Positions 1 to 11,369 of a stretch of DNA of 64,000 nt are shown one piece after another. The first letter of the stretch is position 1; each line of letters begins with the position of its first letter. The DNA lies in contig NEEC01000007.1 of NCBI GenBank assembly GCA_002189035.1, positions 124,001 to 188,000 of the forward strand, in the 5' to 3' direction. Source of the stretch: Utricularia gibba. Taxonomy: Eukaryota; Plantae; Magnoliophyta. A program made the translations under genes and the position numbers. The notes beneath the pieces are model-generated. The model was not told where the DNA came from. It saw only the letters and a list, made by a program, of their open reading frames with translations, and made no database searches.

Positions 1-107
1 CTCATGTTCCCAACAAACCGTACCTCCTGAGTTCACGTGTCGTTGTTTTGTTTTTTGAAAAGCTCTACCCCGGCCTGTTTTTGTTTCAGTTTCTGGTTCT
101 TCAAACC

Positions 108-3100
108 ATGGCACTTTTGCCTGTGGGGTTAGTTTTGTTTCTGGGTTCTTGTTGTTTCCTGTCCTCGAATGCCCAGAATTTAGAGAACCCAGAGCGCCAA
201 ACCCTGCTATCTTTCAAGAAATCCCTTCAAAACCCTGAAATTTTGCCGTGGGATGTTGGGATTTCTCATTGTAACTGGACTGGGGTTTCCTGCAATGGCG
301 AAGGCAGAGTAACTTCGCTAGTTCTTTCGGCTACCGCTCTGAATAATGGGCCGCTCATCGGGCGTATTTCATCTGCCGTGTTCTCTCTCAGTGCCCTCGT
401 TGTCTTGGATCTCTCGTCGAATCAGTTCTATGGGGAGTTTTCACCGGAGATTGCTTCGCTTACGAGACTGATGGTCTTAGACGTGGGTTATAACGGCTTG
501 ACGGGGGAGCTGCCGCGGCAACTTGGTGAGTTGACGAGTTTAACGACACTTCGACTCGGACCGAATATGTTCACGGGTAATATTCCGCCGGAACTGGGGA
601 ATCTGGTAAAGCTTGAATCTTTTGATGCATCCGGAAATTCTCTCACTGGATACATTCCGCCCCATCTGGGGAATTTGACTCAGCTGCAGGTTTTGGCTCT
701 TGGAAACAATTTTCTTACGGGCTCTTTGCCGGGAAACCTCTTCGCAAACCTGCAGTTTCTGTCTTCGTTTGATGTTTCAAACAACTCACTTTCCGGGCAA
801 CTACCGCCGGAGATCGGGAAACTTGGTTCATTGAAAGTTCTTTACCTTGGTGACAACCATTTCTCCGGCATGTTGCCACCGGAGACTGGGGAGCTTTCGA
901 GTCTTGAGATTTTCTCTGCTCCGTCTTGTCTATTTACAGGTCATTTGCCTGATACATTCTCTAACCTAAAAGCCTTAAGCAAGCTTGATCTTTCCTATAA
1001 TCCGTTACAGTGCCCGATTCCAAAGGCTGTTGGTGATATGAGTAATTTGACAGTGCTGAATCTTGTTTATTCTGAGCTTAATGGTACGATACCACCGGAG
1101 ATTGGCAAATGCAGAAACTTGAGAGCTCTCATGCTTTCATTCAATTCTCTTTCTGGAGGTTTACCTGAGGAGTTATCACAGTTACCATTGATGACTTTTG
1201 CGGCTGAAAAGAACCTTCTTTCAGGCCCATTGCCTCCTTGGCTTGGAAAGTGGTCACAAGTTGATTCTATATTGCTTTCAAGCAATAGATTCTCTGGAAA
1301 AATCCCACCTGACATTGGAAATTGTTCAATGCTAAGTCACATTAGTTTGAGCAGTAATTTCCTTACTGGTGAGATTCCTGCTGAACTCTGTAATGCTGTT
1401 TCGCTTTCAGAGCTAGAACTTGACCACAACTTCCTCGGCGGTAGTATTGAGGGGACATTTGTTAACTGTGGAAATTTAACACAGTTAGTGCTAATGGGAA
1501 ATCTTATCGTCGGTTCTATTCCGGATTATCTATCGGAGCTCCCACTGAATCTTCTTGTGCTTGATTCAAACAACTTCACGGGCAATATACCTCTGGGTAT
1601 TTGGGGTTCGCAGAGTTTGATTGAATTTTCAGCTTCGAATAACCAGTTAGAGGGCTCTCTCCTGCTGAAATTGGCAATGCCATCTCGTTTGAGATGATCG
1701 TTCTTTCCGACAATAAGCTCACTGGGCCGATCCCTCGGCAAATTGGACTACTTGCTTCTCTTTCCTTCTTGAATCTCAACTCCAATTTTCTTGAAGGAAA
1801 TATACCGTTAGAACTTGGGAACTGTAGTCGGCTGTCTACCCTGGACTTGGGCAACAATAGGCTTGATGGCTCCATTCCCGAAGAAATAGCTTTGTTGCCA
1901 CAGCTACAATGCCTCATTCTCTCGAAGAACAATTTTTCTGGAAATATCCCTTCCAACGCTTCCATGTATTTCAGACAAGTTCAGAATGTTCCTTATTCAT
2001 CCTATATTCAGCATCATGGATTGTATGATCTGTCATACAACAGGTTGAGTGGCTCAATTCCTGAAGAATTATCGAGGTGTGGAGTCATTGTTGATCTACT
2101 TCTCAATAACAACTTGCTATCTGGTGAAATTCCACCTTCTCTGTCCCGCATATCAAATCTTTCGACTTTGGACTTGTCTGGCAACTTGCTTACCGGTTCC
2201 ATTCCAAGTGAGTTAGGTGACTGCGTGAAGTTGCAGGGGTTATATCTAGGGGATAATCGGCTCACGGGTTTAATTCCTGAGAATCTCAGTAAACTGAATG
2301 CACTGGTGAAACTTAACTTGTCTTCAAATATGTTGTCTGGTCCAGTTCCTCGCACTCTCAGAGGATTAAATGGTCTTACTCATCTGGACTTGAGCTCCAA
2401 CTCACTCAGTGGTGAGCTACCTGCATCCTTGTCCGAACTTTCCAATCTTGTTGGGCTTTACTTGCAGCAGAACAAATTTTCTGGTGGCATAACTGGCCTT
2501 TTCAAGAACACTGTAGTTTGGAAAGTTGAGTTTGTGAACCTCAGCAGCAATACATTGACTGGTAGCCTTCCAAAATCCTTGGGCAATGCCTCGTATCTGG
2601 CGATCTTGGATCTCCACGGTAACAGGTTTTCTGGTGGTATTCCAGTTGACATCGGCAAACTTGCACAGTTGCAGTATCTTGATATCTCTGAAAACTGGCT
2701 CACAGGAGAAATCCCTGGTGATGTATGTGGCATTCCCAATCTGGGGTACTTGAACCTCGCTGATAATAACCTTGCCGGCTCGGTTCCAGCAACTGGCGTC
2801 TGCCGGAATCTCAGCAAGTCTACCATAGCAGGGAACAAAGGTCTGTGTGGTGGAATTCTCGGTTTGCAGTGCCGCTTTGTCCAGAAATCTTCATCTCTGA
2901 ATGCTTGGGCGGTTGCTTCTATTGTTCTGGGAACCATCTTGACTGCAATTTCTGCTATCATTATCCTCAAAATCTGGGCTAACAGAGGGAGGCCTGATCA
3001 AGAAGACAGTGGAGAAAGCAGTAAACTCAACAGCTCGGATGATCCAAATCTCTATTTCCTGAGCAGCAGCCGGTCGAAGGAGCCATTGAGCATCAACATT

Positions 3101-4015
3101 GCTATGTTTGAACAGCCCCTACTTAAGCTCACTCTGGTTGATATCCTGGAAGCCACGAACAACTTCTCCAAGGGGAATATAATTGGAGATGGAGGGTTCG
3201 GAACTGTTTACAAGGCTACGTTGCCAGATGGTAAAATTGTTGCTGTGAAGAAGCTGAGCCAGGCCAAGACTCAGGGGCAGCGCGAGTTTCTTGCAGAAAT
3301 GGAAACCGTTGGAAAAGTAAAGCACCGGAATCTCGTCCCATTACTCGGCTACTGCTCCTACGACGAGGAGAAAGTGCTGGTTTACGAGTACATGTCAAAC
3401 GGAAGCTTGGATCAATGGCTGCGGAACCGGACCGGAAAACCCAGAGTTCTCGATTGGTGTAAGCGTTTCAAAATCGCGGTTGGGGCTGCCCGTGGGCTCG
3501 CATTCTTACACCATGGCTTCATTCCCCATATCATCCACCGTGATATCAAGGCCAGCAACATTCTGCTGAACGAGGACTTCGAAGCAAAGGTTGCTGATTT
3601 TGGGCTGGCAAGGCTGATCAGTGCCTGCGAGACTCACGTCAGCACAGACATCGCCGGAACATTCGGGTATATTCCACCGGAGTACGGGCAGAGCTGGAAG
3701 TCCACCACGAGGGGAGACGTGTATAGCTTCGGTGTGATCCTGCTGGAGCTGTTAACCGGGAAAGAGCCCACCGGCCCTGAATTCAAGGATATTGAAGGTG
3801 GTAATCTGGTAGGTTGGGTGTTTCAGAAGATCAAGAGTGGGGCGTCCGTTGACGTGCTCGACCCTACGGTTCTTGATGCCGATTCTAAGCAGGCGATGCT
3901 CCTGACGCTGCAGATAGCGGTGTTCTGCCTGTCGGAAAACCCTTCCACCAGGCCCACCATGCTTCATGTACTCAAGTTCCTAACGGGGATCAAAGACGAC
4001 GACGACGACGACTGA
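108..4015 (+). CDS. EMS1: EMS1/EXS-type LRR receptor-like kinase (intronless); reading frame broken by a 1-nt deletion at ~1661-1662
   Basis: Signal peptide from ATG 108, many plant LRRs, island IPSNASMYFRQVQNVPYSSYIQHHGLYDLSYNRLSG, TM segment, juxtamembrane YFLSSSRSKEPLSINIAMFEQPLLKLTL, kinase GDGGFGTVYKA/HRDIKASN/DFG. One extra C at 1661 joins ORFs 48..1697 and 1694..4015 (LEGSLPAEIGNAISFEMIVLSDN). Confidence 0.95.
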
Positions 4016-4379
4016 CCAAGTAGCGTACAACATTGCTGCATGTTAATTGTTCATGTAACACCTCCTTCCATGTCCATGCTTATCCCAAGTTGAAGGAAGT
4101 AATATTCTGTGTCTGCCCGCGCAAAAATTCTAAATTACATTTTGATACACCAAAACAGGAGAACAGGTCGTCTACGCCTTGATGTCCAACCCAAACCCGG
4201 TTTTGTTACGAACAAAAAAACCCGGACCCGGACCCGACGACTCGCGTGTCGTGTACGGGGACCAGAATTCTTCACACACGCGCGTGTGACATTCAACGGC
4301 ACGTGGAGGTGGTCCCCTGGGATGGCAATTTAGTCTTTTTGCAACCGCGGATCACCACGTAGACTACACATCATTCCCC

Positions 4380-5389
4380 TCATCCATTCTTGTCCGGATC
4401 CAACGGCTCGGATTTGATCCGGGCCCTTGGCTGGTGCAGCTGCAAATCCGTGTCCGACGACGACCACCCGCCTTCCTCGTGGTTGCGCCGCTTCACGCCG
4501 ATGGACGCCCCAAACAACCTTGCGTCTCTTTCCTCCACCGCCGACCTTGTATTGCTGCGATTCCCAGCTGGAGCCACGATAGCGGCGGTTTCCGTTCCTT
4601 CGCAAAAACGCGTCATCGGCAACAGATCCAACGGCTTCACCTCCTTCTCCGGCGAGGAACCCTTGAATCCGCGGCTGATTTGGTCGATCGATGTCTGATT
4701 TCTCCCGTAACTGGACACCAGAACACTGATATTCTTGCACAGGTCCTTCATTTTGTTCAACTCGTTATTGAGCCGATCGTTTTCATTCCGCAAGCGCTCG
4801 TTTTCACTTATTAAATCTGCGGCCGCGGTGGTGTTTCCGGGGGATTTTGAAGCTGAGAGCACTTGCTCCTCGCCGGACTGCGACGCAGAAGCCGTGGGAC
4901 GTGGATGAGCGGATGAAGTAGGCCGTAGCGGTAAAACCATGGGCGGCGGCGCCATCGCAGTAATTTTCCGCCTCTGTATTTGGCACAGAAGCTTCTTCTC
5001 CCCTTTCCGAAAACAATCATTCGAGAACTCCCATCTATCGGGAACAACCTTCCTGAACCCCTAGAAAGTCCACCAAAACCACACACCTCAATCCTCAAGA
5101 GTCAGAAAAACGCCATCGGGAAATGAAATCGAAGCTTACATACATAGGTATTGAGCTGACGAACGAAACTGGAGAAATTGTTGTGCTTAAAGTACTTGGG
5201 CAACAAATCTTTGGCAAACCCCGTGGGATTCCAGACGATGAAAGCAGAGCCATCTTCGTTCCAGGAGATAATATCGTCGACCCCGTGGTCGTCTACCAGC
5301 TGGTAAGTTTTGGTCAAAAACGGCGTCGGAATAGGCTTTGAAGAGTCGGAGCCACCTCCACCGCTTCGATCAACCGTCACCGTATCCAT
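4380..5389 (-). CDS. HSFB2: Class B heat shock transcription factor (HsfB2-type); exons 5389-5144 and 5060-4380
   Basis: DNA-binding domain [14 protein letters not shown]...[14 protein letters not shown]|[14 protein letters not shown] with the conserved 83-nt GT-AG intron (5061-5143); compact HR-A/B coil [26 protein letters not shown]; repression-like motif RLFGASIG; no AHA motif. Confidence 0.93.
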
Positions 5390-5550
5390 GACAAAAAAAA
5401 AAAAAAGAAAAGTAAAAGCTCCGTTCACAGGAGATAACTGCTGGTTCAGAATCAATTCACCCTAAAAGAGATGAGGGGGGAAAAACACAAAATGGGGCTC
5501 ATCTCCACTACGAGCCGATCCATCCAATCGAGAGGGAGAAAGAGCGAAAG

Positions 5551-5886
5551 TTATAAATTGATGGCAAGGGTTTCCAGAAGGATCAGGCCAGCTGCACACA
5601 GAAGGAGAAGAGGGGGAAATTGTAAAGAGGTGAGAAAGACGACGAAAACGGAAAGGAAGGTCGGAAGAAAAGTGCAAGGAAAGCACCAGAAGTTTCTGTG
5701 GGGGCGGCACACGTGGCAACGGCATCGAGAAGCCTTCACCGGAAACCCAAAGGCCCAATAATTAATTGGGCTTACAATGGTCAAAAGTCCAGCTCTGGCT
5801 CTGCAAGCAAACTTGGTAGTGTTTTATGGAGGTCTTCTCGCGCGCTCACACTCCGGCGACGCCGTGAATCCGAACCAGGAACCTTC
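5551..5886 (-). promoter_or_regulatory. Hsf promoter with heat-shock-element pairs, G-box/ABRE and TATA-like motif
   Basis: TTCcaGAA 5572-5579, GAAgtTTC ~5689-5696, GAAccTTC 5879-5886, CACGTGGC 5710-5717, TTTATAA (minus) 5551-5557. Only two-unit HSEs are seen. Confidence 0.45.
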
Positions 5887-6083
5887 TCACGGCGGCCTCA
5901 GAGGTTCCCAACCAACCAGTCTGGCTGGATGGATATTTATTCAACAGTGATTATATTTTTATCCGAATTCATCACAAACCCACATCTGTATGAGCCACTG
6001 CCACGCAGAAAAGAAAGGAAACAAACGGATAACACAGAGGCTCTCTTTTTGGAAACACACGAAAAGCAGATGTAGACAGTTCA

Positions 6084-7306
6084 TCAGAAGCATCCAAGCA
6101 GTTTCTTTGGAGCTGATCCAGTGGCTCGATGCTTAGCAGCTATTTCCTCGGCTTTCAGAACATCCAGCCCACGCTGCGCTTCGATTGTTGCCCGCTTCTC
6201 TTCAGCAGACTTGTGGATTTGAGCCAATTGGTTCTTCACCTTCTCCAGATAATCAGCTTTCTTCTTTTCCAGTTGCTCCTGCCAGTCCAGCAACACCCCG
6301 TTTACTCATTGTTCGCTCACGGATTTGTTCAACAGGGGAGAGGATTAACAGTTACCTCAAGCTTCTTAAGCTCAGCTTCTAAAGTTGCTTTCTGAGAATT
6401 CTCCCATACGCTAATGGCGGATAGCGACTTCTGAGCCCTGTAAGAGAACGGAAATGCAGTCAATGAGTGTTCCATGTTGTGCTAGTTAAGTTGCCTGGAT
6501 TTTCCAGGGCAGATCCATTGAGATTAGGGTCAGAGACGTACTTGTTTTCTGCCTTGGATCTCTCATTTTCTTCCCATGCTCTGATGAAAGACAACCTCTT
6601 CTCAGTTGCTACTCGGGCAAGAACCGCATCTATAAGAACATCCCACAACATCACAACCGCGAATCATGTGAAACAAATGTGAGAATTGGACAGAAATCGG
6701 TTACCTCTGTTTATGGAGCCTTCGAGCTTTTCCTCCTCTTCCACCTCTGCTTATTGCACACCAGCAGAAACAAAAGAATAAGACAAGCAACAGAATTAGG
6801 ACAATATTATGCAGTTAGGTGATCAGAATCATCAAGATTGGAAGGAGACACCCCCGATGTGCTACAACACCTCTGCAATTCTACGTACGCACCACATACA
6901 CACGAAAAATCATCTAAATATCTGAACGGAAACTATTTGATCAACCACAGAAAAAGCTTTTTTTGTCGGGCCTCAGTCACCAAAAGAACAGAAGAAGCAG
7001 CCCCAAAACGACCAATCCACTGACATTATTGGGGTAAGATTTTTTTTTTTTAACCCAAACATACTTACTTTCGACTACCACAAGTGCTTTGCCCTCATCA
7101 GCTTTCTCCTTCTCGGTGGAAACCTCCTCAAGGGGTTTGAGTTCCTCAACCGCCACGATGGCTTTCTCCTCAGCCACCTCCTTCAAAAACTCGACTTCTT
7201 CGGCTACCAGAGCTTGTGCGCTAGACTCAACTTTCTTGGTCTCCTCCTCCGGTGTGGGAGCTTCCACAGGGGGCTCGACTTTCTTGGTGTCCTCCTCCAC
7301 CGCCAT
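6084..7306 (-). CDS. Group 1 remorin (about 5 exons)
   Basis: Pro/Glu-rich N-terminus MAVEEDTKKVEPPVEAPTPEEE; Remorin_C segments DAVLARVATEKRLSFIRAWEENERSKAENK and EQLEKKKADYLEKVKN...KHRATGSAPKKLLGCF with terminal Cys anchor; GT-AG junctions. Confidence 0.92.
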
Positions 7307-7872
7307 AAATTGAGTTACTGTAAGTGGGTTAAGGGGAAAACAGGGGATCAGCAGCAGGACAATAAACTTAATCCAACAGAAACAGCGCCGGAGAAGAAGA
7401 TTGGGGGTGTATGTAGTCGGTAGGATAAAGTAGCGAGAGAACGAGAGAGAGAAGAACAACCCCAACGGTCACAAATTAAGACATGGAAATAGCCTAAACA
7501 TGAGCGGATGTGAGTTGGCAGTTGGCACATTGCACCCTGTCCCACTGAATTATTGCCACTTTTAAAACAATTCTATTAAAAAAATCAGATATTTTTTTTC
7601 AGAAGCAGAAGCGCAACCACGCTACCGTTCCGTGGACCTCCTTTTTCTCTCTCTAGTCTTTTCTTATCATCTCTCTCAAGTGCTTCACTATAATTTGGAA
7701 TTTTTTAATATTCTAATTTGAATCGTTCGCCCCAACCCTAATTTTGCTTCTTCATTTGGAATGCAATAGCTTCAATGCTCCTTCGAAGTCGAAAGCCCTT
7801 CCTCCGCTGACAGTCGAACGGCGGCAGCCTCTTTTCCCAAACAGGTGTGACGTTGTGAAGGCATACTGCGTG

Positions 7873-9204
7873 ATGGTGAGTCAGCGGCAGAGGCTGGCCA
7901 AGAAACGCTATAGAGAAGCACATCCGGATCTTTTTCCGGCCCCGGATCCCACGATGCCGAAGGATCCGAGGAAAAAGAAAAAGAGCATGTTCAAGCGTAA
8001 GAGCTCAGAGGAGAAGGGTGCTTCACTCAATTCTAAGAAAGGCTTGCGGAAAAAGCACCCTCTTCGTGTCGCCGGAATGAAGCCTGGTGAGAGCTGCTAT
8101 ATATGCAAGGCCCCGATCATATTGCCAAGAATTGTCCCAAGAAATCAGAATGGGAGAAGAATAAGGTAAGTTTAAAAGCAATGGAGTTTAGTAGTGTTTT
8201 GGATCATTTAGAAAATGCTTGTTACACCATGTTCAAATGAGCAGAGCCAATGAGAGTATGTAGCAGGACCGTGCGGGCGATTTATGGTTGTTTTACTGGC
8301 TTGTTGCAGGGTTTCTTGGTTCTATCTAATGGTTACTCTCGTTCTTTAGGCTTAGCGGGATTCCTGTTTTTCTGAAATGGAGAATCTGGGACTGATGATG
8401 CTCTATATGTCTACATGTCCTTAGCTTTTCTATGCCAACAGATCTGTTTATCTTGTCGCCGGCGCGGTCACAGCCTAAAGAACTGCCCGGAAAAATTCGA
8501 GACGACGGAGAAGAAATTGTGTTACAATTGTGGGGAAGCAGGGCATTCCCTATTTAATTGCCCTCAGCCTCCTCAGGATGGTAAAGCCATTATTTCTTGA
8601 ATGCCTGTGCTGCTGTGTAACTGCTCCGATGATCTGATAGGCGATCTCCTCTGGTCGACCAGGTGGAACAAGATTTGCCAAGTGCTTCATCTGCAGTCAA
8701 TCTGGGCACTTGAGTAAAGATTGCCCCAAGAGCACTCATGGAATTTACCCCAAGGTAACTTGATGAGCATGTATGTGCCCGTCCAACGCTGTATCCTATC
8801 TGACTGTCGTCCGTACCACATCCTTCGCTCTCTGAGAATATTCTACAGGGTGGTTGCTGTAAAATCTGCGGTGGCGTAACACATCTGGCCAAAGACTGTC
8901 CAAAAAAGAGCAGCAGATCCTCTGATGCTGCTGCCACGAACTCCCAATCCTGTAAGAGAATGATTTTATTGTATAGGGTTGTGGCCTTTGTCAAGATGAA
9001 CCATCTGGTGGATAATTCTCGCTTGCCTCTTTACCAGTTGAATCGGTAATGCAACCGAATAAGATTACCCGGTTCTCCAGCGGGGATGACCTCGAAGATG
9101 ACTTCACCCCTATTGCACCCATTCTCAACCCTCAAGATGCGAACCCAAAAGCAACTGGGAACAAGAAGAACTATGGAACCAAAGTCGTCAACTTTACTGG
9201 TTAA
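7873..9204 (+). CDS. Multi-CCHC zinc-knuckle protein (ZCCHC9-like), 5 exons; 1-nt deletion at 8111-8114
   Basis: MVSQRQRLAKKRYREAHP; knuckles CYICKA-DHIAKNC (needs one extra C), CLSCRRRGHSLKNC, CYNCGEAGHSLFNC, CFICSQSGHLSKDC, CKICGGVTHLAKDC; ends FSSGDDLEDDF...KVVNFTG stop 9202-9204. Confidence 0.88.
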
Positions 9205-9823
9205 GGACAAAGTCGGGAAGCTGTGCTGAAGCTGAAGCAGCCCTGCCATCGAGAAGTTGGCAACAATTTTGTGGTTTTGTAATGGTGTGCTTTTGTTTTT
9301 TTCACTTAGAAATATTTTTCTGCGTTAAAAGGAGGCAGACAAACTATTATAATGAAGAAGAAGAGTTAAGGACATGGGACCGTGCACTAATAATTCCCAT
9401 GACCTATGTGTGGAGCACAGCTGTTCTCTTCGAGCGCGGGCGGGGCTGTGGCTTCCCTCTCTTGTTCTCCGGTTCGCACAACCTCGGGCTCTCCTCTGCA
9501 TCATGCTTCTGACAAAAAACGCAGATCAATAGCCCCCCACCTGTCAGTTCCTATAGAAGAAAAGAGCAAATGACTGGAAGAGGGAGTCGAGATCCAGGAG
9601 GGGAATTCATGAAGAGCGGGGGGGAGCACAACACGATGGACCACTGCCGCAACACCTCTTGCCCCTTTGTTTTAAATACGAGTAGGTGAACAGAGCTGCG
9701 CTGCACTACAAATTCATTACATGTAATTTCCCCACGTCATGTCCTTCCCATGCACACACAGTCTCACACATGCTGCTTAGCTGTTGCAGTACGATTGCGA
9801 TCAGTGGAACACCACACCCACAC

Positions 9824-9824
<1 letters not shown>

Positions 9825-9862
<38 letters not shown>
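9825..9862. repeat. (AC)19 microsatellite
   Basis: Uninterrupted AC run read directly from the sequence. Confidence 0.95.
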
Positions 9863-9864
<2 letters not shown>

Positions 9865-10404
9865 GCAGCGAATGTAAATCCTGAAACTTACAGCTGAGAG
9901 AGAGAGAGTGAGCGAGATGGCAACTTGTTGATATCACAGCCACGGCATCCTATGCCGCCATGTTGGAACTCACCCCCTTCTCGCACTTGAACCTCTTCAA
10001 CTCTACCAGAATTATACTGAGAGTAGGAAAAAGGGTGTGTGTTTGAACTTCACGAGTAGGAACACGAACACATATCAGGTCGGGATGAGGAGAAAAGGGA
10101 ATTTTACCGGAGTAACCTTTTTTCTTTTTCGCGAGCTGCGGATCGGATTGTACGGTTGAGCTGGCAATGAAGAATATAATATTAATTTTCCGGGCAAGCA
10201 GAGCAGATGGACAAATAAAGAAACTCCACAGTTATCATTAAAAGGAAAGCGCCTTCAAGTTCCACACGTTCCGTCGTGGATCCATGGATGAACGAACAAG
10301 ATGAAGATCGGCGGATTAATGGAATCTGGAGAAAGGAAGAATGAAGGGATGGCTCTTATTGGCGAACCTTGGGAAGGCGGCAGCGAGGAGTTTCAGTGGC
10401 GTGC

Positions 10405-10515
10405 GGTGGAGAATTCCGAGGGGATCGCATGATCCGATGATCGAATCGAACCGGAGCATAAGAAGAAAATCGACCTCACCAACGGATCAATGCGATCCCT
10501 TTGGAATTCTCCACC
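10405..10515 (-). ncRNA. MIR393: miR393 precursor hairpin (mature 10484-10505, star 10413-10433)
   Basis: Reverse complement of 10484-10505 is TCCAAAGGGATCGCATTGATCC, the canonical miR393 mature sequence. The opposite arm gives ATCATGCGATCCCCTCGGAAT (miR393* type). Flanks GGTGGAGAATTCC and GGAATTCTCCACC extend the stem. Confidence 0.96.
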
Positions 10516-11369
10516 ACACACCGATGACCCGAACCGAAGCAGCGAAACCAAAAAACCAAAAAAAAAAAAAAGGAAAAAACTCTCTCCCGCTCCTACCGCC
10601 GCCGCTGCTTCTTACTCTTGGGAGAAGAATAGAAAGGCGGAAGACGAGAGAGATGCTGGTTGTTGCGTTGTGGAGGGTGGCTCCCTCCCTCCCTCCCTTG
10701 GGTTTCCTCTTTTTTTTACATGGTCGCCCATTATTTTATGCGTGGCCAAAGTTGGCCCTCGGTACTCCCTGTCTCCATAAAGTCAGATGTTTCTCTCTTT
10801 TTTTTGTTTTTGATATTCTTTATTAATATTATTGATATGCAAACTCAATTAATTTGATTAATGGGCAGGCACCGGGACGGCAGCCTGTAATCTAACCTCA
10901 CCGCCTGAACAAGTGTGATAGCTGCTGCATCTGGTTGTGATCTTGCAGTGTTGGGAGTCACTCCTTTCCTTTCTGTCTTGTAGCTCTGTTAAAAGGTGAT
11001 GAACAGTGAAATCGAATCGCTGGCTGCCTTCCCGGTTAGCAAAACGATGGATGGGAGTAGTAGGAGTAGTAGTAGTGGTGTTGGGATGATGGGGGCACGT
11101 GAGATGTTCCCTGCCCCCTCGAACACCGCACGTGGGCTCCCATCCGCCTCGATTTCAACTCTCCTCCGTATCCGCCCATCCCATCTTGTCTCCCCCTCAA
11201 AGCACCAAAACCCGGCATCCTATGCTATGTCGACTCCGCATGTACGCACTCACTGAATAACGTGACCAACGGGAAGGGCACCCCGCTCTTCTGGGGTTTA
11301 ATTTACTAGTAAGTATTCTTCTACAGGAAGGCGACTGGGGCAACAAGAACATGATTGATTCACGGCGGC

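Noticed and set aside
1067-3967. Many minus-strand ORFs overlapping EMS1
   Set aside because: Antisense shadows of a long coding region; no recognisable domains.
10341-10857. Plus-strand ORFs of 65-161 aa over the MIR393 locus
   Set aside because: Low-complexity, run through poly-A and CT repeats; region is explained by the minus-strand miRNA.
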